64,000 nt of DNA from Curvibacter sp. (GCA_031426755.1 JASJPI010000003.1:101011-165010); one strand, 5' to 3'. Shown: positions 10,221-19,913, counted from the first letter of the stretch. Notes: generated by a model from the letters alone, not told the origin. A program made the numbers and translations.

Positions 10221-10700
10221 ATGCACAGCGCCCCAGCGGTTACATATCCGGTGGGGCGTTGTCACATTCAGACCTACCTGACACTGGCACTGTGGGGGCT
10301 GGGCGCGGCCGCATGTACCCTCTGGATCCGGGATGCCGGTCGCATGGGTTGGGCGCAGGGCCTGGCGCTGCTGCTTTGGCTGCTGGCAGGCGGGTTGGCG
10401 CTGCGCAGCCTGCTGGCTGCGCCCGAAGGCACGCTGCGCTGGGATGGTCAGCAGTGGACCTGGCAGACGGGCAACAGCAGCTGGAGCGGCTCGGTGCGCC
10501 TGTCTCTGGACTTTCAGCGCTGGGTGTTGCTGGAATTCCGACCACTGGCCGGCGGCTCGCTATGGCTTGGGCTGGCGCGTACTGCCGAGCCGACGCGCTG
10601 GGATGCACTGCGTCGGGCCCTGTGTTCGCGTGCCTCACGTGCCGCCGCCGGTCTGGGGCATGCTGATGGGTTGCCGGATGCCGGCCGGGGGCGCGCATGA
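10221..10700 (+). CDS. Membrane protein, YgfX/CptA-like (DUF1434-like), coupled to rpoE
   Basis: Two hydrophobic segments (YLTLALWGLGAAACTLW, LALLLWLLAGGLAL). Then EGTLRWDGQQWTW and LWLGLARTAEPTRWDALRRAL, which resemble my recollection of E. coli YgfX (RLRWQGQEW...LWLAADSMDEAEWRDLRRILL). Its stop overlaps the rpoE ATG (ATGA). Start 10221 versus 10179 is uncertain. Confidence 0.45.
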   Translation: MHSAPAVTYPVGRCHIQTYLTLALWGLGAAACTLWIRDAGRMGWAQGLALLLWLLAGGLALRSLLAAPEGTLRWDGQQWTWQTGNSSWSGSVRLSLDFQRWVLLEFRPLAGGSLWLGLARTAEPTRWDALRRALCSRASRAAAGLGHADGLPDAGRGRA

Positions 10701-11332
10701 ACGACCCCACTGCCCCCATCCCGGAGGCCGTCGATCACACCGATGTGCTGCTGGTTGAGCGCACGTTGGCAGGGGATCAGCATGCTTTCGAGCTGCTGGT
10801 CATCAAGTACCAGCGCCGTATCCAGCGCCTGATCAGCCGCATGGTGCGCGACAGCGACCTGGTGGAAGACATTGCGCAGGAAACCTTCATCCGGGCCTAC
10901 CGGGCGCTGCACCAGTTCCGCGGCGACGCCCAGTTCTACACCTGGCTGTACCGCATTGCGGTGAACACCGCCAAGAAATTCCTGCTGGACCTCAAGCGCG
11001 ATCGGCTGGTGACGCAGACGGCGCTCCAGCCCGATGGCGAGGAAGATGAAACTTCCCGCCCCGGAAATGAACCAACGACGGATGAGACGCCGGAGTCGGT
11101 ACTGGCGGCCCGTGAGATTGCGCAGGCCGTCAATGCCGCCATGGAAGCTTTGCCCGAGGATTTGCGCCAGGCGGTGACGCTGCGCGAGATCGAGGGCTTG
11201 AGTTATGAGGATATTGCGGCCGCGATGGACTGCCCGATCGGCACCGTGCGTTCCCGGATTTTCCGGGCGCGCGAAGCCATCTCGGCACGGGTGCGGCCGC
11301 TGCTGGAACACCAGTCCGGCAAGCGCTGGTAA
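10697..11332 (+). CDS. rpoE: ECF sigma factor sigma-E (RpoE/AlgU type)
   Basis: 211 aa. Region 2 (FELLVIKYQRRI...DIAQETFIRAY) and region 4 (REIEGLSYEDIAAAMDCPIGTVRSRIFRAREAI). Followed by rseA/rseB/degP homologues. Confidence 0.9.
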   Translation: MNDPTAPIPEAVDHTDVLLVERTLAGDQHAFELLVIKYQRRIQRLISRMVRDSDLVEDIAQETFIRAYRALHQFRGDAQFYTWLYRIAVNTAKKFLLDLKRDRLVTQTALQPDGEEDETSRPGNEPTTDETPESVLAAREIAQAVNAAMEALPEDLRQAVTLREIEGLSYEDIAAAMDCPIGTVRSRIFRAREAISARVRPLLEHQSGKRW

Positions 11333-11354
11333 GACGAAACAGAGGTAGTGCAAG

Positions 11355-11978
11355 ATGACGCAAGACATGTCGAATACGCGGGAACTGGTGTCCGCCCTGG
11401 CGGATGGACAGCTGCGCGGTGAAGAATTTGCGCGCGCGCTGGCATTGATCGAGCACAGCGAGGAGGCCCGCGCCCACTGGCACGCCTACCATCTGGTGGG
11501 CGATGTGTTGCGCTCGGATGAGCTGGCCGCGGGCAGCGCCCGTGATGTCGCTTTCGCGGCGCGCCTGCGCCAGCGCCTGCAGCAGGAGGCGTCGATGGAA
11601 CGTCCCGAAAATGCTATGAATTCGGTAGCGTTTGGCGCAGATATATCAAGGTCAGAGGGCCAAAATCGTGCAGAACATCCGGGTGCCAATGACGCCAGCA
11701 TGCGCTGGAAGCTGGTGGCTGGCTTGGCCTCGCTGGCGACCGTGATGGTGGTCGGCTGGCATCTGACGTCCAACGACGGCAAGGCCGATGGGGCACCGCA
11801 GCTGGCTCAGGTCGCCGTGCCGGTCCAGCCTGTCGCTGTTGAGGCGACGCCGGCCATGATCCGTGACCCGCGCCTGGACCAGTTGCTGGCGGCACACCAG
11901 CAGTTCGGCGGCACTTCGGCGCTGCAGATGCCGGCCGGTTTCGTGCGTAACGCCACCTTCGAGCGGCCGGCTCGCTGA
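11355..11978 (+). CDS. rseA: Anti-sigma-E factor (RseA/MucA-like)
   Basis: N-terminal RseA_N-like ELVSALADGQLRGEE...HWHAYHLVGDVLR, a central TM segment (LVAGLASLATVMVVGW), and position directly after rpoE. Confidence 0.7.
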   Translation: MTQDMSNTRELVSALADGQLRGEEFARALALIEHSEEARAHWHAYHLVGDVLRSDELAAGSARDVAFAARLRQRLQQEASMERPENAMNSVAFGADISRSEGQNRAEHPGANDASMRWKLVAGLASLATVMVVGWHLTSNDGKADGAPQLAQVAVPVQPVAVEATPAMIRDPRLDQLLAAHQQFGGTSALQMPAGFVRNATFERPAR

Positions 11979-11998
11979 ATGACCGAAAGCTGCCTGGC

Positions 11999-13060
11999 AT
12001 GAGCAACCCCTTTCGCCTCGTTCCCCTGAGCCGCCTGTTGCTGGCCGCGGTCCTGCTGTTGGCCGGATGGAACGGCCAGGCGCAAACCGTCGGTGGTTCA
12101 GCCGAGGCCGTCGCCACCAGCGTCACGGCCGAGCGCAGCATCACCGACTGGTTGATGCGCTTGCACGAGGCCTCGCGCCGGCGCGCCTACATCGGCACGC
12201 TGGTGGTGTCTTCCGGCGGTGCCATGGCCAGTTCGCGTATCTGGCATGTGTGCGATGGTGAGAAGCAGATCGAGCGCGTGGAGGCGCTCTCGGGCACGCC
12301 GCGTTCCACCTTCCGCCGCAACGACGAGGTCATCACCTTCTCGCCGCAGAGCAAGGTGGCGGTGACGGAAAAGCGCGAGTCGCTGGGTCTGTTCCCGCAC
12401 CTGCTCAAATCGGCCGACAGCGCCATCGACCAGTTCTACAGCGCACGCGCGCAGGGCAGCGAGCGCGTGGCCGGCTTCGAGGCCGACGTGGTGCAGTTGG
12501 CGCCCAAGGACAAGCTGCGCTTTGGCTACCGCATCTGGAGCGAGAAGAAGACCGGCCTGGTGGTCAAGCTGCAGACGCTGGACGCAGAGGGCCGCGTGCT
12601 GGAGCAGGTGGCCTTCTCTGAACTGCAGCTGGATGCGCCGGTCAGCATGGACAAGCTGACGCAGATGATGCGCAACACCGAAGGCTACAAGCTGGAAAAA
12701 CCGGAACTGGTCAAGACCACGGCCGCGGCCGAGGGCTGGCTGCTCAAGAGCGAGGTGCCTGGCTTCAAGCCCATGAGTTGCTACCGACGTCCCGTAGGCA
12801 CCGATGTCCAGTCCTCCAGTCCCCTGGTGCAGTGGGTGTTTTCCGATGGGCTGGCCTCGGTCTCGTTGTTCATCGAGCCCTTCGATCGCCGCCGCCACGG
12901 GGCCGAAGGCCTGATGGCCATGGGTGCGACGCATACCCTGGTGCGCCGGATGACGGACAAGGGCAGTGACAAGGACGGGGGCTGGTGGCTCACGGTGGTG
13001 GGCGAGGTGCCGGGGCCGACGCTGCAAGCGTTTGCCCAGGGGCTTGAGCGCAAGAAATAG
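11999..13060 (+). CDS. rseB: Sigma-E regulatory protein RseB/MucB
   Basis: 353 aa with a signal peptide (LLAAVLLLAGWNGQAQ). WLMRLHEASRRRAYIGTLVV is typical of MucB/RseB. Operon position supports the call. Confidence 0.85.
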   Translation: MSNPFRLVPLSRLLLAAVLLLAGWNGQAQTVGGSAEAVATSVTAERSITDWLMRLHEASRRRAYIGTLVVSSGGAMASSRIWHVCDGEKQIERVEALSGTPRSTFRRNDEVITFSPQSKVAVTEKRESLGLFPHLLKSADSAIDQFYSARAQGSERVAGFEADVVQLAPKDKLRFGYRIWSEKKTGLVVKLQTLDAEGRVLEQVAFSELQLDAPVSMDKLTQMMRNTEGYKLEKPELVKTTAAAEGWLLKSEVPGFKPMSCYRRPVGTDVQSSSPLVQWVFSDGLASVSLFIEPFDRRRHGAEGLMAMGATHTLVRRMTDKGSDKDGGWWLTVVGEVPGPTLQAFAQGLERKK

Positions 13061-13122
13061 AACCTTATGTACGTTCGGGTGCCCCTTGCGCCGGATGGTG
13101 TTTTTTTGTCAATGAGAGGTCG

Positions 13123-14574
13123 ATGATGTTTGGTATCGCGAGTCAAAAACTGCGTTCCACCTGCTGGCTGGGGGCGGTACTGCTCTGTGTGTCAGCGGTG
13201 TTGCTGCCGGTGCAGGCGGCCACAGCGCAAACGCGTGTGCTGCCGGACTTCACCGATCTGGTGGAGCAGGTGGGGCCGTCGGTGGTCAACATCCGCACCA
13301 TCGAGAAAGTCACGGTTCGCCCCAGCAACGGCAGCGGCATGGACGAGGACATGCTGGAGTTCTTCCGCCGCTTCGGCCTGCCGATGCCCAACGTGCCACG
13401 CCAGCAAGGGCCGCGGCCTAACCAGGAGGAGCAGCCGCGCGGCGTCGGCTCCGGCTTCATCCTGTCCGCCGATGGCTTCATCATGACCAATGCCCATGTG
13501 GTGGACGGCGCTGACGAGGTGGTCGTCACGTTGACCGACAAGCGCGAGTTCAAGGCGCGTCTTGTCGGCGCCGACAAGCGCACCGACGTGGCGGTGGTGA
13601 AGATCGAGGCCAGCGGCCTGCCGGCGGTGAAGATCGGCGACGTCAACCGGCTGAAGGTCGGCGAATGGGTCATGGCCATCGGCTCGCCCTTCGGCCTGGA
13701 GAACTCGGTGACGGCCGGCATCGTGAGCGCCAAGCAGCGCGACACCGGCGACTACCTGCCCTTCATCCAGACCGATGTGGCCATCAACCCCGGCAACTCC
13801 GGCGGTCCGCTGATCAACATGCGTGGCGAGGTGGTCGGCATCAACAGCCAGATCTACTCGCGTTCCGGCGGCTACATGGGCATTGCCTTTGCCATCCCGA
13901 TCGACGAGGCCACCCGCGTGAGCGAGCAGCTGCGCGCCAGCGGCCGGGTGACGCGCGGGCGCATCGGTGTGCAGATCGACCAAGTGACGAAAGACGTGGC
14001 CGAGGCCATCGGACTGGGCAAGCCGCAGGGTGCCCTGGTCCGCGGCGTGGAGAGTGGCTCGCCGGCCGAAAAAGCGGGCGTGGAAGCCGGCGACATCATC
14101 ATCCGGTTTGACGGCAAGACGATCGAGAAGTCGACCGATCTGCCGCGCCTGGTGGGCAATATCAAGCCCGGGACGCGCAGCACGCTGACGGTGTTCCGCC
14201 GCGGCAGTACCAAAGACCTGAGTGTGACCATCGGCGAGGTCGAGGCCGACAAGCCGGCCCGCCGGGAGCGCGAGGAAAAGCCGCGCATCAGCGGCGCCGC
14301 CCAGGCGCTCGGCTTGACCGTGGCCGATCTGACGGAGGCCCAGAAGAAGGAACTCAAGCTCAAAGGCGGCGTGCGTGTGGACGGTGCCAGCGAGGCGGCA
14401 GCCCGGGCCGGCCTGCGCGAAGGCGATGTCATTCTGGCGGTGGCCAATGTCGAAGTCGGCAATGTGCGCGAGTTCGAGGCCGTGCTGGGACGGCTCGACA
14501 AGGGCAAACCCATCAATGTGCTGTTCCGGCGTGGTGATTGGGCGCAGTACACGGTGATCCGCCCCGCACGCTGA
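13123..14574 (+). CDS. Periplasmic serine endoprotease DegP/MucD (HtrA family, two PDZ domains)
   Basis: 483 aa with a signal peptide. Catalytic motifs TNAHVV, D in KRTDVAVVK, and GNSGGPL. Two PDZ-like C-terminal repeats. Confidence 0.9.
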   Translation: MMFGIASQKLRSTCWLGAVLLCVSAVLLPVQAATAQTRVLPDFTDLVEQVGPSVVNIRTIEKVTVRPSNGSGMDEDMLEFFRRFGLPMPNVPRQQGPRPNQEEQPRGVGSGFILSADGFIMTNAHVVDGADEVVVTLTDKREFKARLVGADKRTDVAVVKIEASGLPAVKIGDVNRLKVGEWVMAIGSPFGLENSVTAGIVSAKQRDTGDYLPFIQTDVAINPGNSGGPLINMRGEVVGINSQIYSRSGGYMGIAFAIPIDEATRVSEQLRASGRVTRGRIGVQIDQVTKDVAEAIGLGKPQGALVRGVESGSPAEKAGVEAGDIIIRFDGKTIEKSTDLPRLVGNIKPGTRSTLTVFRRGSTKDLSVTIGEVEADKPARREREEKPRISGAAQALGLTVADLTEAQKKELKLKGGVRVDGASEAAARAGLREGDVILAVANVEVGNVREFEAVLGRLDKGKPINVLFRRGDWAQYTVIRPAR

Positions 14575-14594
14575 CCGGCCATTTTCTGCGGCCC

Positions 14595-14629
14595 AAAACC
14601 CCCAACCCAAGTCGGGTTTGGGGGTTTTT
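14595..14629. terminator. Bidirectional intrinsic terminator after degP/mucD
   Basis: AAAACCCCCAACCC-AAGTC-GGGTTTGGGGGTTTTT. A-run and T-run flank a GC stem 20 nt after the degP stop. Confidence 0.8.
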
Positions 14630-14630
14630 G

Positions 14631-15080
14631 CCCGATTGAAGGGCTGTAAAAATTTTTTTTTAAAATTTTTCCCCAGCGAAGAAATTTGAAAGTAGTTTGT
14701 GATTACTAACTTTTTTCTTTTGAATTGATTAAATTGGATAGAATGGAGCCTTCAGATGGTGGATTACAGGCATATTGAAAAGCCGCCAATCCACGATACG
14801 AGATGGTGTAGAGCCGGGCTGAGACGATCCACAGATCGCCCACAAGTTGTCCAGAGCCTCCCCACCGGATATTGTTAATAAGCTGTGTATAAAATCCTTG
14901 TTGCTGCGCTGCAACGACCCTTGGCGACCGATTTTCGGGCTGTACGGACTAGGCTTTTTGCCTACAATGAAGCTCCAACTATCGCAGTTGCCATAGATTG
15001 TTGGTTTAGGGCGCGTCACAACTCGACGCGCCCTTTTTTCTTTTCTGCACCGTTTTAATTCAATCACTTAAGCGTTTCCG
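14631..15080. other. AT-rich non-coding island between degP/mucD and lepA
   Basis: Visibly AT-rich compared with everything around it. It opens with A5T9A4T5 (14648-14670). It has no credible long ORF and contains several hairpins and its own terminator (15009-15044). Confidence 0.7.
15009..15044 (+). terminator. Strong + strand intrinsic terminator about 40 nt upstream of the lepA start
   Basis: GGGCGCGTC-ACAACTC-GACGCGCCC followed by TTTTTTCTTTT. There is no T-run on the opposite strand, so it is unidirectional (+). Confidence 0.8.
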
Positions 15081-15083
15081 TTG

Positions 15084-16895
15084 ATGAAGCACATCAGAAA
15101 TTTTTCGATCATTGCGCACATTGATCATGGCAAATCGACGCTGGCAGACCGGTTGATCCAGCGTTGCGGTGGACTGGAAGAGCGCGAGATGGAAGCGCAG
15201 GTGCTCGACTCGATGGATATCGAAAAAGAGCGTGGGATAACTATCAAGGCCCAGACCGCTGCGCTGCAGTACAAGGCCCGCGATGGTCAGGTTTACAACC
15301 TCAACCTGATCGACACCCCCGGCCATGTGGACTTCTCCTATGAAGTGAGCCGCTCGCTGTCCGCTTGTGAAGGTGCGTTGCTGGTGGTCGACGCTTCGCA
15401 GGGTGTGGAAGCGCAGACGGTCGCCAACTGTTACACCGCCCTCGACCTCGGCGTCGAAGTAGTGCCGGTACTCAACAAGATGGATCTGCCCAACGCGGAC
15501 CCTGAGAACGCCAAAACCGAAATCGAAGACGTGATCGGCATCGATGCGACCGACGCGATTCCCTGCTCGGCCAAGACCGGCATGGGCATTGATGAGATTC
15601 TGGAGGCGGTCGTTGCGCGGGTGCCGGCACCCAAGGGTAATCCGGACGGCCCGCTGCGCGCCATGATCATCGACAGCTGGTTCGACAGCTATGTCGGCGT
15701 GGTGATGCTGGTGCGTGTGGTAGACGGCCGCCTGGCCAAGGGCGAGCGCATCAAGATGATGGCCACCGGTGCCACCTACAACGCCGACAACCTGGGGGTC
15801 TTCACGCCCGCCAACCAGCCGCGCGACTCGCTGGAAGCGGGCGAGGTGGGTTACATCATTGCCGGCATCAAGGAGTTGCAGGCGGCCAAGGTGGGTGACA
15901 CCGTGACCCTGATCAAGGGCGGCTCGGGCGGTGCGGCGTTTACCGCTACCGAGCCGCTGCCAGGCTTCAAGGAAATCCAGCCGCAGGTGTTTGCCGGCCT
16001 GTACCCGACCGAAGCCAGCGAGTACGACTCGCTGCGCGATGCGCTGGAAAAGCTCAAGCTCAACGATGCCTCGCTGCACTATGAGCCGGAAGTCAGCCAG
16101 GCGCTGGGTTTCGGCTTCCGTTGCGGTTTCCTCGGTCTTCTGCACATGGAGATCGTGCAGGAGCGCCTCGAGCGGGAATTCGACCAGGACCTGATCACCA
16201 CCGCGCCCAGCGTGGTCTACCAGGTGCTCAAGGGTGACGGCGAAGTCATCATGGTCGAGAACCCGTCCAAGATGCCGGACCAGGGCAAGCTCCAGGAAAT
16301 CCGCGAGCCGATCGTGACCGTGCATCTGTACATGCCGCAGGAATACGTGGGCCCGGTGATGACGCTGGCCAACCAGAAGCGCGGCGTGCAGCTCAACATG
16401 GCCTACCACGGCCGCCAGGTCATGCTGACCTACGAGATGCCGCTGGGCGAGATCGTGCTCGACTTCTTCGACAAGCTCAAGTCGGTCAGCCGTGGCTACG
16501 CCAGCATGGACTACGAGTTCAAGGAGTACCGGGCTTCCGACGTGGTCAAGGTCGACATCCTGCTCAACGGCGAGAAAGTCGACGCGCTGTCCATCATCGT
16601 GCACCGCACCCAGGCCGCCTACCGCGGCCGTGCGGTGGCGGCCAAGATGCGCGAGATCATCAGCCGCCAGATGTACGACGTGGCCATTCAGGCCGCCATT
16701 GGCGCCAACATCATTGCGCGCGAAACCATCAAGGCGTTGCGCAAGAACGTGCTGGCAAAATGCTACGGCGGTGACATCACGCGCAAGAAGAAACTCCTCG
16801 AAAAGCAGAAAGCAGGCAAGAAGCGCATGAAACAGATCGGCTCGGTTGAAGTGCCCCAAGAGGCCTTTTTGGCGATTCTGCAGGTGGAAGACTGA
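15084..16895 (+). CDS. lepA: Elongation factor 4 (LepA)
   Basis: [32 protein letters not shown] and NKMD GTPase motifs. About 600 aa. ATG 15084 follows the TTG used by the ORF track. Confidence 0.97.
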   Translation: MKHIRNFSIIAHIDHGKSTLADRLIQRCGGLEEREMEAQVLDSMDIEKERGITIKAQTAALQYKARDGQVYNLNLIDTPGHVDFSYEVSRSLSACEGALLVVDASQGVEAQTVANCYTALDLGVEVVPVLNKMDLPNADPENAKTEIEDVIGIDATDAIPCSAKTGMGIDEILEAVVARVPAPKGNPDGPLRAMIIDSWFDSYVGVVMLVRVVDGRLAKGERIKMMATGATYNADNLGVFTPANQPRDSLEAGEVGYIIAGIKELQAAKVGDTVTLIKGGSGGAAFTATEPLPGFKEIQPQVFAGLYPTEASEYDSLRDALEKLKLNDASLHYEPEVSQALGFGFRCGFLGLLHMEIVQERLEREFDQDLITTAPSVVYQVLKGDGEVIMVENPSKMPDQGKLQEIREPIVTVHLYMPQEYVGPVMTLANQKRGVQLNMAYHGRQVMLTYEMPLGEIVLDFFDKLKSVSRGYASMDYEFKEYRASDVVKVDILLNGEKVDALSIIVHRTQAAYRGRAVAAKMREIISRQMYDVAIQAAIGANIIARETIKALRKNVLAKCYGGDITRKKKLLEKQKAGKKRMKQIGSVEVPQEAFLAILQVED

Positions 16896-17860
16896 TGCAG
16901 CTTCTTACCGCCATCATCCTCGCCGCCTTTGCCGGCTATGCCGGTTCCTGGTACTTCGGCGTCATCGAGGGCAACTTTGCCCTTCTGCTGTTCATGGCCA
17001 CCGTGGTCACCGGTCTGTACTGGCTGGCTGAGCGCTTCTATTTCCTGCCGCAGCGCCAGCAGGCGGCCGCCAAGCTGGAGGCCGAGGCGCTGCAGCGCAG
17101 CGCCGACCTGAACAAGATGGGCATCACCCAGGTCGACAGCAACATCGCACCGGCGCGCGAAAAATTGCTGATGCAGCCCTGGTGGCTGGACTGGACCGCC
17201 GGCCTGTTCCCCGTGATCCTGGTGGTCTTCCTGTTGCGCTCCTTCCTGTTCGAGCCGTTCAAGATTCCGTCCGGCTCCATGATCCCGACGCTGTTGGTCG
17301 GCGACCTGATCCTGGTGAACAAATTCCACTACGGCGTGCGCCTGCCGGTGATCAACACCAAGATCACCGAAGGCAACAAGGTCGAACGCGGCGACATCAT
17401 GGTGTTCCGCTACCCACCCAAGCCCAGTCTGGACTACATCAAGCGCGTGGTCGGTGTGCCGGGTGACGAGGTGGCCTACCTGAACAAGCGTCTGACCATC
17501 AACGGCCAGCCCGTTGCGACCAACGCGGTACCCGAATTCTTCGACGAGAGCGTCATGCGCTATTTCAAGCAGTATGAGGAGTCGCTTGGCGCCGTCCGGC
17601 ACCGCATCCTGACCGACGACGGCCGGCCGGCCTTCATTCCGGGCGTGGAGGAGTTTCCGTACCGCGACAACTGCCGCTACAGCGTCGAGGGCGTGGTGTG
17701 CAAGGTGCCCGCGGGCCACTACTTCATGATGGGCGACAATCGCGATAATTCGCTCGATTCGCGCTTCTGGGGCTTTGTGCCGGACCAGAACATCGTGGGC
17801 AAGGCCTTCTTTGTCTGGATGAATTTCGGCGATCTGAAGCGGATCGGCTCATTCAACTGA
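16895..17860 (+). CDS. lepB: Signal peptidase I
   Basis: 321 aa. IPSGSMIPTL (catalytic Ser box), YIKRVVGVPGD and GDNRDNSLDSRFWGFV. TGATG overlap with lepA. Confidence 0.95.
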   Translation: MQLLTAIILAAFAGYAGSWYFGVIEGNFALLLFMATVVTGLYWLAERFYFLPQRQQAAAKLEAEALQRSADLNKMGITQVDSNIAPAREKLLMQPWWLDWTAGLFPVILVVFLLRSFLFEPFKIPSGSMIPTLLVGDLILVNKFHYGVRLPVINTKITEGNKVERGDIMVFRYPPKPSLDYIKRVVGVPGDEVAYLNKRLTINGQPVATNAVPEFFDESVMRYFKQYEESLGAVRHRILTDDGRPAFIPGVEEFPYRDNCRYSVEGVVCKVPAGHYFMMGDNRDNSLDSRFWGFVPDQNIVGKAFFVWMNFGDLKRIGSFN

Positions 17861-18243
17861 TGACGGTGCGACATACCATGGGGAAAGCTATGAAGGGACA
17901 AGGCAAGTCGGCTCAACGCGGCATCACCTTTCTGGGGCTGCTGTTCGTCGGCGGCATTCTGGCCGTGATCGGCGTGGTGGCGGCCCAGGTCGTCCCGACC
18001 GTGATCGAGTACCAGGCCGTCAACAAGGCGGCCGGCAAGGCACGCGACGGCAATACCGTGCCGGAAGTGCGTGCCCTGTTCGACAAGGCGGCCCAGATCG
18101 ACGACATCCGCTCCATCAGCGGCAAGGATCTGGAGATCACCAAAGAAGGCGACAAGGTGGTGGTGAGCTTTGCCTACCAGCGTGAAATCCACCTGGCCGG
18201 CCCGGCCTGGCTGACCCTCAAGTACGCTGGTCGTACCAAATAG
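17860..18243 (+). CDS. DUF4845-like small membrane protein
   Basis: N-terminal TM (GITFLGLLFVGGILAVIGVVAAQVVP). The conserved position between lepB and rnc matches my recollection of DUF4845. An internal start at 17890 is possible. Confidence 0.6.
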   Translation: MTVRHTMGKAMKGQGKSAQRGITFLGLLFVGGILAVIGVVAAQVVPTVIEYQAVNKAAGKARDGNTVPEVRALFDKAAQIDDIRSISGKDLEITKEGDKVVVSFAYQREIHLAGPAWLTLKYAGRTK

Positions 18244-18257
18244 CATGATCTCTGCCT

Positions 18258-18944
18258 GTGTCTGATGGCCTCTCTGCGTTGCAAGCGCGCTTGCAACATT
18301 CCTTCTCCGATCCGTCACTGCTGACGCGTGCCACCACGCATCGCAGCTTTTCGGCCGACCACAACGAACGCCTCGAATTCCTCGGCGACTCGGTGCTCAA
18401 CCTGGCGGTGGCACACCTGCTGTACGAGCGCCTGAGCGACCTGCCGGAGGGCGACCTCTCACGCATTCGCGCCAACCTGGTCAAGCAGGACACCCTGCAC
18501 CAGCTGGCGGTGGAGCTGGGCCTGCCGGCGGTGGTGCGCTTGGGGGAGGGCGAGGTGCGCTCCGGCGGCCACAAACGTCCCTCCATCCTGGCCGATGCGC
18601 TGGAAGCGGTGCTGGGCGCCGTCTATCTGGATGCCGGCTACCCGGCAGCCCAGGCGCTGGTGCAGCGTCTGTTCCAGGCGGTGGAAATCAACCCGCAGAT
18701 GCAGGCCAGCGCCAAGGACCCTAAAACCGAGTTGCAGGAATGGCTGCAGGGGTGCAAGATGAAGCTGCCGGTCTATCGCGTGGTGGCCACGCTGGGCATG
18801 GCGCACAAGCAGACCTTCGATGTCGAATGCGAGGTTCCCGAGCTGCAACTGGTCGAACGTGGTATTGGCGGTTCACGCCGGGCCGGCGAGCAGGCTGCTG
18901 CTGCTGCCATGCTGCAGACTATCAAGGCTCAAGGCAAGGTATGA
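18258..18944 (+). CDS. rnc: Ribonuclease III
   Basis: GTG start. [12 protein letters not shown] signature and a C-terminal dsRBD ([12 protein letters not shown]...). 228 aa. Confidence 0.95.
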   Translation: MSDGLSALQARLQHSFSDPSLLTRATTHRSFSADHNERLEFLGDSVLNLAVAHLLYERLSDLPEGDLSRIRANLVKQDTLHQLAVELGLPAVVRLGEGEVRSGGHKRPSILADALEAVLGAVYLDAGYPAAQALVQRLFQAVEINPQMQASAKDPKTELQEWLQGCKMKLPVYRVVATLGMAHKQTFDVECEVPELQLVERGIGGSRRAGEQAAAAAMLQTIKAQGKV

Positions 18945-19912
18945 GTGCTATGAATTCAATAGCTGACAATGTAGGTTCGGATGGGGCCGGAGGCCAGGAT
19001 AGTGCTCAAACCGGCGCACGGCGCTGCGGTCTGGTGGCCATCGTCGGCAAGCCCAATGTGGGCAAGTCCACCCTGCTCAATGCGCTGGTCGGGCAGAAGA
19101 TCAGCATCACCTCGCGCAAGGCGCAGACTACGCGCCACCGCATCACCGGCATGCGCACCCAGGGGGCGACCCAGTTCGTGTTTGTCGATACCCCGGGCTT
19201 TCAGACCCGCCACAACAACGCGCTGAACCGTTCTCTGAACAAGACGGTGATGGGCGCGGTGGGCGACGTGGACCTGATCCTGTACGTGGTGGAAGCCGGC
19301 ATGTTCAACCAGGCCGATGCCAAGGTGATGGCTTTGCTGAACAAGGACATTCCCACCCTGCTGGTGGCCAACAAGCTCGACACGGTGAACCGCCGCGCCG
19401 AGATCGCCCCGTGGCTGCAGGAGATGCAGCAGCGCCACCCGTTTGCCGAATTCGTGCCGATGTCGGCCAAGAACGCCAAGGACATCGAGCGCCTGCTGGG
19501 CATCTGCGAGAAATACCTGCCCGAGCAGGACTGGTGGTATGCCGAGGACGAACTGACCGACCGCAGCGAGAAATTCCTGGCGTCGGAGACCGTGCGCGAA
19601 AAACTGTTCCGCCTCACCGGCGACGAGCTGCCCTACACCTCGACCGTGGTCATCGACAAGTTCGAGGAAGAGGCCGGCCGCAAGGGTCAGAAGCGCCTGG
19701 TCAGGATTGCCGCCACCATTGTGGTGGAACGCGAAGGCCACAAGGCCATGGTGATCGGCGACAAGGGCGAACGCATCAAGCGCATCGGCACCGAGACCCG
19801 GGTCGAGCTCGAAAAGCTGATGGATGCCAAGGTGTTCCTGGAACTCTGGGTCAAGGTGCGCTCCGGCTGGGCGGACGACGAGGCCCGCGTGCGCTCCTTC
19901 GGGTATGAATAG
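18941..19912 (+). CDS. era: GTPase Era
   Basis: ATGA overlap with the rnc stop. G motifs [13 protein letters not shown] and NKLD, plus a C-terminal KH domain. The longer ORF-track form (18740) only runs through the rnc 3' end. Confidence 0.95.
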   Translation: MSAMNSIADNVGSDGAGGQDSAQTGARRCGLVAIVGKPNVGKSTLLNALVGQKISITSRKAQTTRHRITGMRTQGATQFVFVDTPGFQTRHNNALNRSLNKTVMGAVGDVDLILYVVEAGMFNQADAKVMALLNKDIPTLLVANKLDTVNRRAEIAPWLQEMQQRHPFAEFVPMSAKNAKDIERLLGICEKYLPEQDWWYAEDELTDRSEKFLASETVREKLFRLTGDELPYTSTVVIDKFEEEAGRKGQKRLVRIAATIVVEREGHKAMVIGDKGERIKRIGTETRVELEKLMDAKVFLELWVKVRSGWADDEARVRSFGYE

Positions 19913-19913
19913 G

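Noticed and set aside
10240-10719. 159-aa reverse ORF and two other + frame ORFs (10259-10666, 10333-10758) overlapping the YgfX-like gene
   Set aside because: All frames are open here because of GC richness. Only the 10221-10700 frame has TM helices, family-like motifs and an ATGA junction with rpoE.
14729-15067. 112-aa reverse-strand ORF filling the AT-rich island
   Set aside because: It has a GTG start without an SD and runs straight through the + strand terminator stem. The translation has no family resemblance, and the region is better explained as non-coding.
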